Shown here: in pieces, positions 43,322-54,274 of the stretch
How the letters are laid out: the number at the start of each line of letters is the position of its first letter
Position numbering within the stretch: position 1 is the first letter of the stretch
Assembly: GCA_963781885.1 (NCBI GenBank)
Contig: CAWAHW010000002.1
Location: forward strand, 1,344,001 to 1,408,000
DNA: 64,000 nt
Reading direction: 5' to 3'
From: an uncultured Spirochaetota bacterium
GTDB lineage: Bacteria > Spirochaetota > Spirochaetia > SZUA-6 > Fen-1364
Notes under the pieces: model-generated
Database searches by the model: none
What the model was told of the DNA's origin: nothing
Seen by the model: only the letters and a program-made list of their open reading frames with translations
Program-made: the position numbers and the translations under genes

Positions 43322-46300
43322 TTGAGCCGGGGGTTCGCCCGCGCGCTCCTTGCAACCGCGCTCCTCCCGGTCCTCACGGTCCTTGCGTGGCCGCAGACGC
43401 CGGAGGGCGCTGCCGCCGCGCGGTCGGGATACATCTTTCTCTCCCTGATTTCGGGCACCTACAACCAGGACCAGACGCTGCGCGTCGAGCCGGTCGGCTC
43501 GATGTTCACATTGCGGTACAGCTTTCGGGACGTGGACGGCAGTGAAGGGCCGTGGATCCGTTTTCGCGAGCCGCTGGTGCTTTCCGCGGCGCCGGGCGAG
43601 GACCGGGAATATCGCCTGATCGTCCGCGCGGAGGGGCAGGCGGGGGAGCTGGAGCGCCGCGAGCTTCAGATACGAATCGACAAGAGGCAGCCTGCTCCGC
43701 CTGCCATCCTTCCCGCGGCGGGTATGTATGGGGACCCGGTGAAGGTGCAATTCCAGTCGGCGCCGGGCACGACGATCTCTTACTCGGTGCAGGGTGACGT
43801 CATGCAGTCACCCGTGGCGTGGGATGGGAGCCCGATCGCGGTCGGCAGGCCGGAAGAGAAAGCGGACTATTTCGTCCAGGCCTACGCGGAGGACGCGGCG
43901 GGAAATCGCAGTACGGTTGCAACCGCGCGATATTCCATCGACACGATGGCTCCCGGACTCGATGTGCTGAGCCCCGTCACCGGGACATTCGGCAACCCGC
44001 AGATCCTTGCCCTCTCATTTCGAAATCTTTCATGGGTCAGATACTCCGACGACGGCTCGGATCCGGCGACAAATGGCATTCCGTACACCGGCCCCGTGAT
44101 GCTGCGCAAGCAGGGTGCGACCCTCATCCGCGTTGCCGCGCAGCCGCGCAGCGCCTCCCAACCGGTCGTCCGTCGCGAGATAAGCTTCACCTATGCGCCC
44201 GAGCCGGGCAACGGCCTGCTTCTCGACGTCGACAGCGGCGCCTACCCGCAGGGGGTGACGGCGCATGTGCTTTCCGCCCCGGCAGGAAGCGTCTATTACA
44301 CGCTCTGGGAGAAAACGCCGTCGGACTCCGATTTCCTTGCCACGACGGGCATCGATTTGCCGGCGAGCGACGCGGTCCCCCGCACGGCAACCCTGCGCAT
44401 GCGCGCCCTCTCGGACGCGGGCGCCTGGGGAGTGGAATACCGATACTTCTATTTCCTTGGCCGTTTCGCGGCTACCCCGCCGACATTCGTGCTCGCCGAT
44501 CCCGAGCCGCTTCGCGGCCCGTCGCGCTTCCAGGTGAGCGCGCCCGAGGATGCACTGGTGTCGGCGACCGTGGATGGGTCGGTTCCCAATCCGCGCGCGC
44601 CGACCGGAACTGATTTCATCGCGATTCCCGCTTCCGCATCGGTCACACTGCGCGCCGTGGCTTTTAATGGGTCGGGTGTGATCGGAACGATGGCGGAGAA
44701 GAAGGTCTCTGTCGCCACGGACGCTGCCGTGAAGCCGGTCCTCAGCGCGGCGGACGGACCTGTGCGCGGAACCTCGGTCTTGACCGCTTCCGCCGCGCCC
44801 TCCGCGGGGCTGGTTTTCGAGATGACGTCGGACGGATCGGACCCGCCGGCGCCCGTATCCGGTTCTCCGCGCCTCTCGCTTCCGCTTGTTTTGCGCGTTC
44901 CCTTCGGCATGCAGCGTACGTTCAAGATCAGGCCGGCATCCATCGACGCCTTCGGTCGGATCGTTGCCCCGGGTGACGTCACGACGGTCGTCCTCAAGCA
45001 GAGGCCGCCGGGGCAGCCTGCGATCTCACCGTTGCCTTCTTCGATCGCGCTGGACGAACCGGCCTCTCTGGCTTTCGCCTCCCCGGCAAAAGCCTTCGTC
45101 ACGATCAGCAATGACGGCACCGACCCGCGCGATCCGGATCCGGCAAAAGACACGCCATCGACCTCCGTCCCGCTGCCGGGGGCGGAAGGCGCGGTCGTTT
45201 CCTACAGGATCAAGTGCCTTGCCGTCGACGACGCAGGGCTCGCAAGCGACGTCTTCGGACCATTCACGTACGTCGTTGACCTGCGGACGCCGCAGCTTCC
45301 CGCCGTGACGGGAATTGCTGACGGCGGAACCTACAACGCACGCCAGATCGCGCCGGCCGTCGTGGACAGCCCGTGGACGGTGCACTACACCTCGAGCGCC
45401 GACGGCACGGTGCCGCCGGCACCCGATGCCCATTCCCCCCTGCTCGCCGGCGCGAGCTTCCGCGGGGAAGAGGGCAGCATCACCACCTTCAAGGTCCGCC
45501 TTCTTGCCGTGTCGAGAAACGGCAAACGCACCGGCGAGCAAAAAGACCTGAGCTTCACGATCGATCTGAAGCCGCCGGATGTGCCGCAGCTTTCCGGCGC
45601 ACCGGACGGCAGCATCTACGCCCGACCGGTGGTCCTGACTCCGGACGCCATGCCGGCGGGCGACACGCTGTACTACTCGGTGGGGACAGGCGGGGCGGAC
45701 GCCCCGGATCCTGTCGCTCAGGGACAGAAGGTTTCCGGGTCGCTGAAATTCGACTCCCCGGATGGGGCGCGCACCGACTATCTCATCCGCGTCGCCACGC
45801 AGGATGAAGCGGGAAACCGCTCCCTATACGATCGGCGCTACCATTTCAGCGTGGATCGCTCCGTTCCCGACGACCCCGAAGTGAGCGGTGCGCCCGATTC
45901 CGGGCTGACGGACAGGCCCGTGACGCTTGCGCTCGCGGCAAGCTCCCCGACGATCGTCTACGAGCTTACCGACGATGGATCGACGCCGCGGCTTCCCACC
46001 CCGTCTTCAACGGCGTACGCATCGCCCATCCTGCTTGCAGGCAAGACAGGCGCGGCCGTGACGTATCGCCTCCTTGGGCGGGCTTTCAATACCCTGGGCA
46101 CGCCCAGCCGCGCAGCGCGAATCGTGACCGTGACAGTGGACCGCACGACGCCAGATGCGCCGGGTGTACCCCGCATGGTCCAGAGCCCCGGGAATCCGTC
46201 CGTGGCGTATCTGGTGTGGGATGCGCCATCCTATGGCCAGGTCTATTACCGCGTCCTCTCCGCAACAGGGAAGGCGGCAGATTATGTGCCTTATGTGGGC

Positions 46301-48648
46301 CCGGTCTCGGTGATGATTCCACCGCCGGGTGGGTCAACCATTGCAGGGGACGCCGTTGTGAAAAGTCCGTCCGGGGCGCAAAGCGCTCCCACGGCATTCA
46401 CGCTTTCCGTCGAAACGCAGCTTGCGCCGCCCACGGTACGCGGAGCCCGGGACGGCGCCCTGGTGACGCAGAAGACCGAGCTCAATATCGCGGCGCCCGC
46501 GGGCGACGTTCGCTACGAGATCGCCACGGACGGGAGCTATCCCCCGGCGGTGACGGCGGCATCGCCGCTCGTGCCCAATCCGCTCGTGCTCGATGCCGCG
46601 GACGGACAGACGGTGAGCGTCATGGTGGCGGCGCGCGCCTTCGATCCCCAAGGAATAGCCCTGCCGTCCACGGAGCTGCGCTTCAGTCTCACCATCGACA
46701 AGACGCCGCCGGATCCGCCCGTTGCGGCGGGCATCGAGGATGGCGCCTACTATCAGGACTCGCAGAAGGTCACGCTGCTCGCCCCGGAGGGGACGATCTA
46801 TTACACGGTTTCAAATGGAACGTCGGTGCAGCTTCCATCGCAAACTCCGGCCGACAAGTACGCCGGGGAGTTCACCCTGGACCCGGACCTGGGCCGCGCG
46901 GTGATCTATCGCATAATCGCCTTCACGGTCGACGATGCCGGAAACAGGAGCCGTGAGATTCGATCGTGGACCGTCACGATCGACCAGCAGATGGTCTACG
47001 TGTCTCCCACCGGCAACGATTACGCGGAAGGATCGCGGGGGCAACCGGTGCAGAGCATCGGCCGCGCTCTCCAACTTGCGTCCGTCATCGTCCCGCAAGA
47101 TGATACTCGCGGCGGCGGGTCGAATACCCGGTGAGCGATCCGATTGCCGTCTCGGGGGACATCTCCATCGTCGGCGGCATGGACCCGTCGACCTGGGTCT
47201 CGCTGGGTTTCGAGAGGTATTCCACGCTGACCGCGGGATCGGGATGGAAGTCCGGGGACGCGTTGATGATCGCAAGCGGGGGAACAGTGTCACTTCGCGG
47301 GCTGGAATTCCTGGGGACCTCGGACAACCCTCCCGCTCTTCTTGCCGTCCACGACGGCGCGGTGCATGCGGAGAAGATCGCCGTTAGCCTGGCGGGACCC
47401 GGCGCGGGCGCGGGGTTGCAGGTAAGCGGCGGCTCTCTTTCCGTTCTCGACAGCAGCCTGAAGGCAACGGGCTCCTGGACGGGGAGCCTCATCTCGCTGA
47501 CGGGCGGCACGGCCACGGTCACCGGCACGGAGCTCGATGGGCCCGCGCAGTCCGCCGACTTTGCCTGCCTGGATCTCACGGATGTAAAAGGCGTTCTCCT
47601 CCAGGGCGTGACCATCAATCCCGGCGCCGGGCAGAAGACGCGCGGCATCCGGGCTCTTCGAGCTGGATTCACGCTCCGTGACAGCAAGGTGCAATCAGGG
47701 TCCGGCGCGCGTGAAGCCGTCGGAGTGGACCTGCGCGAGAGCCAGGCGGAGATAGACGGGACAGATGTCGCGGGCTCGGCCCAGGGTCTTTCTCCCACGG
47801 CGATCCTTGCAAACGGCACGTCGCTGATTGTGACGCACAGCAAGGTCACGGCCGCGGGCATCGCAAGCGCCGTCGGCATCAGTGCGAGGGGCGGAAACCT
47901 CGTGGTGTCCCGCAGCACGTTGCAGGCAAAAGCCGTTGCGGAATACGTCGCCCTGGCGCGCGTGGAAGACGCGCAAGCACTGCTTGCGAACAGTATCATG
48001 CTCGGCGGGAATGCCGGCGAATCCATCTGCGTCCTTTTCAAGGGGGGCCAGGCCGACCTGATCAACAACACGATCCTGGCTGGCACGGGCTCCACATTGA
48101 CTGCCGCATTGTTCGTGCAGGGAGATCAGATTCCGCGCATCATCAACAACATCATCGACCGCGCAGGACCCCGGAAGGGAAACGCGATTGTCGTGATCGG
48201 CGCGGGTCGCCCGGTCTTTGTCCCCGGCGGCCAGGGGCCGGTGATGGTCGCAAACTCCTTCTCCGGCTGGCAGAGCGTGATGCACGTGGATTCCGCGCAG
48301 GGCGCAGGGCCCACGGGCGCGGACATTCCGGACTCCGATGCGCTCAACAATACAGACGCGAGCGCGCCGACGGGCACCGTCCGCGGCAATATCGGCAAGC
48401 CGCCGGAGGCGAGCTTCCAGCAGCCAAGCGGTCCCGACTACAGGCTGGCCGCAAGCTCGGCGTGCATCGACGCAGGAGTCGATGTCGGCGCGCTGACCGG
48501 TCCAGACGGCGCTCCGGCCATAGAGAGCGCGCAAGGGATGGACGTGATCAAGGATTTCGTCGACAGCCCTCGTCCCGCGGCTCAGCCTCGGGCCATACCG
48601 GGACCGCCCCGAGGGTGGGACATAGGAGCGTACGAATACTCTGACTGA
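43322..48648 (+). CDS. large (about 1770 aa) exported protein: many Fn3-associated/CHB_HEX_C-like Ig repeats plus a C-terminal parallel beta-helix; two +1 frameshifts near 47083 and 47121
   Basis: Repeated Y(S/T)xDGSDP, AxDxAGNRS and IDxxxP motifs; YVSPTGND..GS..QPVQSI..AL...ILAAAGEYP rebuilt across frames; ends DIGAYEY; start uncertain. Confidence 0.7.
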
Positions 48649-48654
48649 CGCCTG

Positions 48655-49791
48655 TCAGCTCGAGGGTCCGGTCCAGGCGGTGCCGCTCAGCACGTCTCCC
48701 GTGCCGGGATCGAATGTCGCGCTCCAGACGCCCTCGCTGTTCGTGCCAACCAGCACAAAGTGGTTGACGCTGTCAACGAGTATTCTCCGGACCGATTCGG
48801 AATAGAGCGCGATCGTGGTCATGCTCATCCGCGACAAGGTCAACGTGCTTGTATTAAAGGTGTAGTAACCGTCGCCGTCAGAGCCTGCAAGGTATATGGC
48901 GTTCCCTCCATCCACGGCATTTGAGACCGTGAGGAAACCGACCGTCACCGAGTTTATCTGGGGAGTGGTGATGGCGGTCCACGATCCACCGCCATTCGAG
49001 GAATAGAAGATGCCGAGAAGCTTGGTGGGAAGGAAAAGCCATCCGTTCTGGCCCACGGTGATGCCGCGGATACTATCGGATGAAGTAATTCCCGTCGGTT
49101 GGACGGCCGCGGCACTGAAGCTCGAAGGGTCACCAGCCGGGCTGCTGTAGACGGTGATGCCCGAGACGGCCCAATATTTCGTCCCATCCCAGGCTACCCC
49201 GGAGATGGGGACTCCAGTGACTCCCTGCAGCCCCGCGGAAGGACTCCACGCGGTGCCGTTGGTGGAATAATACAAACCGAAGCTTCCGTTGGATTCTATG
49301 CAGACGGCAAAGAGCACGTTGTTGCCGTTTGGCGCAGAAAGCAGGTAGATCTGCTTTCCGGTGATGTTGCCGTTGGTGTCACCAGCAGACGTGCTGCTTG
49401 CAAAGGAGTACGACCCGTCAGATTTTTCAAGCCCGGGTATCGTGCCGTCCGGAAGATAGAAGCCACCCCAGGTTGCGCCGTTGAATGTCACAAGGGCGTT
49501 GCAGAGCGCACCGTTTGTCGGGTTGTAGGGGTATCCCGCGACGTTGTTGTTCGGGTTCCAGTTTATCGTTCCGCTTGCAAGCGTCCCCTGGTAGATGCCG
49601 CCGGCCGCGACGTAGTAGTTGTTGTCAGGCGCCTTGGTAATGTCGTATCCCGTCAGCGTCGTCGGCAGGTAATTGTCCACCGTCTTTACTTCGGTTTCTA
49701 TGGTGGAGTATATATTGCCGCCGTCCGCGGTGCAGGAAATGAGACCCGCGGCGGCCAGGATCGCAAAAAGCAGGAGTATACGTGCTTTCAT
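48655..49791 (-). CDS. putative lipoprotein, beta-propeller with BNR/Asp-box-like motifs
   Basis: AAAGLISC lipobox; YYSTNGTAW, FYSSNGGGSW. Confidence 0.8.
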   Translation of the reverse strand: MKARILLLFAILAAAGLISCTADGGNIYSTIETEVKTVDNYLPTTLTGYDITKAPDNNYYVAAGGIYQGTLASGTINWNPNNNVAGYPYNPTNGALCNALVTFNGATWGGFYLPDGTIPGLEKSDGSYSFASSTSAGDTNGNITGKQIYLLSAPNGNNVLFAVCIESNGSFGLYYSTNGTAWSPSAGLQGVTGVPISGVAWDGTKYWAVSGITVYSSPAGDPSSFSAAAVQPTGITSSDSIRGITVGQNGWLFLPTKLLGIFYSSNGGGSWTAITTPQINSVTVGFLTVSNAVDGGNAIYLAGSDGDGYYTFNTSTLTLSRMSMTTIALYSESVRRILVDSVNHFVLVGTNSEGVWSATFDPGTGDVLSGTAWTGPSS

Positions 49792-49800
49792 TCCATTCCC

Positions 49801-50421
49801 CTAGAAGTGGTAGAGCGCGCTGAGCGAGACGGCAAGGAAATTGCCGATCCGCTGGTTCGCCGGTGTCGTGGCGTTGAACTGGATGTCGAACCAGTAGTCC
49901 AGATTGACGCCGAACGACCACGATGAGCTGTAAATCCAGTAGAGACTGATGCTTGGCCGCAGGAGAAGGTCGATGGTGGACATGTCGACGTATTTCACGA
50001 TATTCATGCCCGCGCCGAACGTGAGCGGTATCTCGAACGGGTAGAGCGTAAAGACGTATGAAGCTTTTACGATCAAGGGCAGCATGAACAGGGAGTTCAG
50101 GTTCGGCGACCATGTCCCGTCGAAGCCAAACTCTCCGCCGATGCGAATCTGCGGGGCGACATATGCCGCCCACGCCAGCGACAGGATGGGACCTACGGAG
50201 AGATGGGAGGCTGAGCCGGAACCGCCGCTCGGGGCAAGGAGCCATTCGCCGCTGGGGAGGAGGAAAAGGGGGATGAAAACGCCCGCGTTTATCGAGAGCG
50301 TCTGGTCCCCGAGGGAATACTGCGACGGCTGCGCGGTGGTCTTGTCCTCCGCAAAAAGCGGACCGGCGGCGCCGGCAAGCGCGATGAGGAGGGCGCAGAT
50401 CACGACGAGGTGTTTCTTCAC
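49801..50421 (-). CDS. small outer-membrane beta-barrel (TP0733/OmpW-like)
   Basis: Signal peptide, GDQTLSINAG, alternating strands, terminal YHF; GTG start with GGGAG SD. Confidence 0.75.
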   Translation of the reverse strand: MKKHLVVICALLIALAGAAGPLFAEDKTTAQPSQYSLGDQTLSINAGVFIPLFLLPSGEWLLAPSGGSGSASHLSVGPILSLAWAAYVAPQIRIGGEFGFDGTWSPNLNSLFMLPLIVKASYVFTLYPFEIPLTFGAGMNIVKYVDMSTIDLLLRPSISLYWIYSSSWSFGVNLDYWFDIQFNATTPANQRIGNFLAVSLSALYHF

Positions 50422-50446
50422 GATTTCATACTCCCGGTGTCCTTGA

Positions 50447-50475
50447 ATCGTAGCACGCGCGTTCTTCTTATTCAA
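50447..50475 (-). promoter_or_regulatory. extended -10 promoter of the OMP-lipoprotein pair
   Basis: TTGAAT-N17-(TGn)TACGAT. Confidence 0.6.
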
Positions 50476-51326
50476 GTTTCGGCAGCCTCGTCGATGTCCA
50501 GCACCAGGTTGCGCAGCGGTCCATCGACGTCGATCTCCACGCTCCCGCGGGAATCAGGGGTGCGCGGGGTGACAAGGGAGCCGTCCTGCTTCTTTTCCAG
50601 GTCTCCCTGCGGGTAATCGACGCGGCAGAATGGATTGAGGAGACGAACGCGGGCGAAAACGCGCGCGGGAAGGAGGACCGAAAGGCTGCTCCCGGATGCA
50701 TAGATCTGGCCGCTCAGCTTGCGCTGGGGCCGTCCGAGCAGGAGCTCCTGGTTGCCGGATTCCGTGCGCAGGTCGAGAGTTTCGACGTCAAGCTTGCGCA
50801 GGTCCATCCGCGAATCCGCTTCGTGGAGCTGGAAGAAAAGACGCAGAGGGAGCCCGGAGGGCAGGTCCAGTCTCCAGGTATTCTTCAGGTGGATATTCGA
50901 CGGAAAGATGGGCTGGTTCATGGCGATGGAGACCTCGCGGCGCTCGCCGACGATCTCCTGGCTGATGGTGGGCACCCCGCCGGCCCCGCGATGCTCCGTG
51001 ACCAGGCGCGGGGCGTCACTCGACCACGCGGCGAGCAGCCGGCCGTAGGAGAACTGCACGCGAAAGGCGAGCTCCGATGAGGCGTCGTCCACGGCAAGCG
51101 GGAATTGTTCCGTGGTAACGCTCACGACGTCGGCGAAGACCCTTTTTTTCGCCGAGTCGGCAACGAGCATGAACCCGGCGATTACCAGGAGCACGGGCCA
51201 GAGATTCAGGGCGATGGTGATGGCGCCCTTCGATATGAGGAGGAGGTTGTAGCCCAGGAGGAAAACCCCGATGACAAGGGAGAAAACCGACACCAGGAGG
51301 GCGATTCGCTTGGCCAGGGGCTGCAT
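50472..51326 (-). CDS. membrane protein, LiaF/LiaI-like TM region plus beta-solenoid domain
   Basis: LVIGVFLLGYNL...LWPVLLVIAG, then MDLRKLDVETLDL-type repeats. Confidence 0.7.
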   Translation of the reverse strand: MQPLAKRIALLVSVFSLVIGVFLLGYNLLLISKGAITIALNLWPVLLVIAGFMLVADSAKKRVFADVVSVTTEQFPLAVDDASSELAFRVQFSYGRLLAAWSSDAPRLVTEHRGAGGVPTISQEIVGERREVSIAMNQPIFPSNIHLKNTWRLDLPSGLPLRLFFQLHEADSRMDLRKLDVETLDLRTESGNQELLLGRPQRKLSGQIYASGSSLSVLLPARVFARVRLLNPFCRVDYPQGDLEKKQDGSLVTPRTPDSRGSVEIDVDGPLRNLVLDIDEAAET

Positions 51327-51332
51327 GCGTAT

Positions 51333-51362
51333 ACTCTAGGGGGATTGCGCGGGCCCTGTCAA
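51333..51362 (-). promoter_or_regulatory. sigma70-type promoter, leaderless geometry
   Basis: TTGACA-N18-TAGAGT-N6-ATG(51326). Confidence 0.6.
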
Positions 51363-51436
51363 CTCAAACCGCAACGGCGTCTCTGGACACGTCCAAGGGG
51401 GGCTGTGTACATTGATGATGGTGAGGGAGGAATTGC

Positions 51437-51796
51437 ATGAGTGATATTGTCCCCAGGAGCAAACTGTCGAAGCAAGGCGTGCAGGGGGTCGTTTCCCTTG
51501 CGGGCGGGGTGGGTGCATTTATCCTTGCCGGCATCACCGGCGGTTTCCTGGGCATCATCATCGGGGGCGTGGTCACCGTTGCCGGTATACTCCTTGCCGG
51601 ATCGAAGCACGAGCGGGGGGCAGGAATCGTCACAACCGTCGTCGGCGCCGCGACGCTTGTCGCGTCACTCCCGGTGCTTCACAGCATCTTCGGCGGGCTG
51701 GTTCACGGGGTCATGATTGGCGCGGGCATCATCCTGGTCGGCGTCGGCGGCTGGTCGCTTTTCAAGTTTTTCCGCGGTTTGAAGACGAGGTCCTGA
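51437..51796 (+). CDS. small Gly-rich membrane protein
   Basis: GGAGG SD; 4 Gly-rich hydrophobic segments. Confidence 0.8.
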   Translation: MSDIVPRSKLSKQGVQGVVSLAGGVGAFILAGITGGFLGIIIGGVVTVAGILLAGSKHERGAGIVTTVVGAATLVASLPVLHSIFGGLVHGVMIGAGIILVGVGGWSLFKFFRGLKTRS

Positions 51797-51804
51797 TCTG
51801 CCCG

Positions 51805-53117
51805 GTGAGCCAGCCCCGCAAGGTCTGGATGGAGACCTACGGATGCCAGATGAACAAGGCGGAATCCGAATCCATCCTGATCGCGCTCACCGAAGCGGGA
51901 TGGGCGGAAGGAAGCGCCACCGACGCGGAACTTGTCATCCTGAACACGTGCTCGGTACGCGAGACTGCGGAAGAGAGGATACGCGGCCGGCTCGGGTACT
52001 ACCGGCACCAGAAACAGCATCGCCCCCTCACGCTCGTTCTCACCGGATGCATGGCGGAGCGTCTCAAGGCAAAGGTGATCGACGAGCATCCCGAGGTGGA
52101 CGTCGTGGTCGGCACCTTCAGCAAGCGGGAGCTGCTCGCCGCGGTGCGAAGCGCGGAGGAAAAGCAGGCGCCGGTCGTCGCCGCGGCGGAAGAGGAATAC
52201 GCGTTTGCGCCGCTGCATTCGTCGCGCGGCACAAAGGCATTCGTCCCCATCATGCACGGGTGCGACAACTGGTGCACGTACTGCATCGTGCCGAGGGTCC
52301 GCGGCCGTGAAATCTCGCGCTCTCCGGACGCGATCGTCGCGGAAGTGACGGCCCTCTCGCGCCGCGGAGTCAAGGAAGTCACGCTCCTGGGGCAGAACGT
52401 GAACTCGTATGCGTGGCCCTCGGGAGACGGCGCGATTCTTTTCCGGATCTGCTGCGGCAGGTCGAGCAATGCGCGGGGTCCGTGGAATGGCTCCGCTTCC
52501 TCACGTCACATCCCAAGGACCTCTCAGGGGAGCTTCTGGCCGTGATGGCGGAAAGCCGTATCCTGTGCCGGCATATCCATCTCCCGCTCCAGAGCGGCTC
52601 CACCCGGATCCTCGGCCTGATGAACAGGGGATATACCGCCGACCAGTATCGCGAAAAAGTGCGCGCCATACGGTCCTCGCTCAGCGGCGCTTCGATTACG
52701 ACCGATATTCTCATTGGCTTCCCCGGTGAGACGGAGGAGGACTTCGAGGAGACCCTCGCCATGATGGGCGAAATCGGCTTCGACGACGCCTTCACCTATC
52801 ATTACAACCCGCGGGAAGGCACGCCCGCCTTTGACATGCCGGATGCCGTCCCGCCGGACGTGAAGCGCGAGCGGCTCGACCGCGTGATCGAGGCGCAGCG
52901 TTCCATCGGCGCGCGAAAGGCCTCCGAAAGGATCGGCAGGGAAGTTGATGTACTGGTCGAGGGGATATCGAAAAAAGACTCCGGCGAGCTTCTTGCGCGC
53001 ACCGCGTGGGACGCCATGGTGGTCTTCCGCGGAACACCCGACAGAATCGGCGGCTTCGCGCGCGTGCGGCTCGCGTCGCTCGCGGGGAACACTTTCCGCG
53101 CGGAAGCCCTGGCGTAG
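51805..53117 (+). CDS. miaB: tRNA methylthiotransferase MiaB; one T missing near 52440
   Basis: TYGCQMN, NTCSVRE, CDNWCTYC, LLGQNVNSY; continues RFLTSHP, HLPLQSGS, IGFPGETEEDF and TRAM domain in the shifted frame. Confidence 0.92.
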
Positions 53118-54270
53118 ACTCATCCTGGTTGCGCTTTTCTGCGCAGCGGCGACCCTGCCATACGCTGAGCCGCTTCTCGCGCACGCCCGCGCGCGGGAAA
53201 AAGCCGGTGACGCGGCCGCCGCTTCCGAGCTCTATGCCGCCTGGCTTGCGGCAAATCCTGGCGCCCCGGGCGCGCCGGCCGTCTTTTCAGACTGGTTCGG
53301 CGTGGAACAGGATTTTCCGCGTCTCGTCGACCTTTCCGTCTGGTTTCTCGATACGGCAAAGGGCGCGCCGGGAGCTGCCGTGCAATTCCTTCGGATTGCC
53401 CGGCTCCTGGATGTCTCGGCGCGCAGCGAGGAGGCCGCACGGGCATACCTGGCTGCCTACCGTGAAGGCGGACCTCCCTCGGCGCTCCTTTCCGCGTTCC
53501 TTCTTTCCCTGGAAATGAACGACATGCCCGGCATGGAAACGGCCCTGACGCAGCTCAACGGAAAAGGCGGTGCCGCGGAGCTCCTGCTTCGCGCTCTGCG
53601 TGCGCTGCAAGCCGGTGACGACGCTTCAGCGCAGGCGACGCTGGTCGGGCTTGCGGCCCAGACGGGCGAGCCCGATCTGGCCCTCAAGGCGATGTGGATC
53701 CTCTACCAGCGATCGGTCGCGCGCGGCGACGATGCGGGGCAGGCGGCGGCACGGTTGCGCCTCTCAACGCGTTTTCCAGATTCGCCCGAAACCGCCCTTG
53801 CCGTTGGCGCGCCTGTGTCGGCGGGGCATTCGGAGGTCGTGCTTTCTCCCACACCGGTGCCCGATCTTTTTTCGTTGCAGGCTGCGCCGCCGCCCGCCTC
53901 GGAAGGAACGCAGCCCCCGCTCTCTGCCCCGGCCGCACCGGTGAGTGCCGCGCCGGCTCCCGTGCCGGCGCCCGCCCAACCGGCGGCGGCCGCGCCCGCC
54001 GCATCGGCAAGCCCCGCGCTACCGGCGCCTGCCGCGGTTCAGCTTTACTCCGTGCAGGTCGGCGCATTTCAGATGCAGGAGAATGCCGACAACCTCGTCA
54101 ATGAATTGAAACAGCATGGCATCGCGGCCACCGTCATCCACGAAACGGCGCAGGGCAGGGACAGATACCGGGTGATGGCCGCAACAGGGCAGAATGCCGA
54201 TGAAGCGCGTGCAATGCTCCAGAAGCTGGGAAAGCTCGGCTACAGCGGATTCATCGTCGCGGACAAATAG
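53110..54270 (+). CDS. SPOR-domain protein with TPR-like N-terminus (start codon not identifiable, coordinate approximate)
   Basis: Signal-like RRLILVALFCAAA, Pro/Ala linker, YSVQVGAF..ENA, YRV, GYSGFIV. Confidence 0.8.
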   Translation, partial: WRRLILVALFCAAATLPYAEPLLAHARAREKAGDAAAASELYAAWLAANPGAPGAPAVFSDWFGVEQDFPRLVDLSVWFLDTAKGAPGAAVQFLRIARLLDVSARSEEAARAYLAAYREGGPPSALLSAFLLSLEMNDMPGMETALTQLNGKGGAAELLLRALRALQAGDDASAQATLVGLAAQTGEPDLALKAMWILYQRSVARGDDAGQAAARLRLSTRFPDSPETALAVGAPVSAGHSEVVLSPTPVPDLFSLQAAPPPASEGTQPPLSAPAAPVSAAPAPVPAPAQPAAAAPAASASPALPAPAAVQLYSVQVGAFQMQENADNLVNELKQHGIAATVIHETAQGRDRYRVMAATGQNADEARAMLQKLGKLGYSGFIVADK

Positions 54271-54274
54271 CGGA

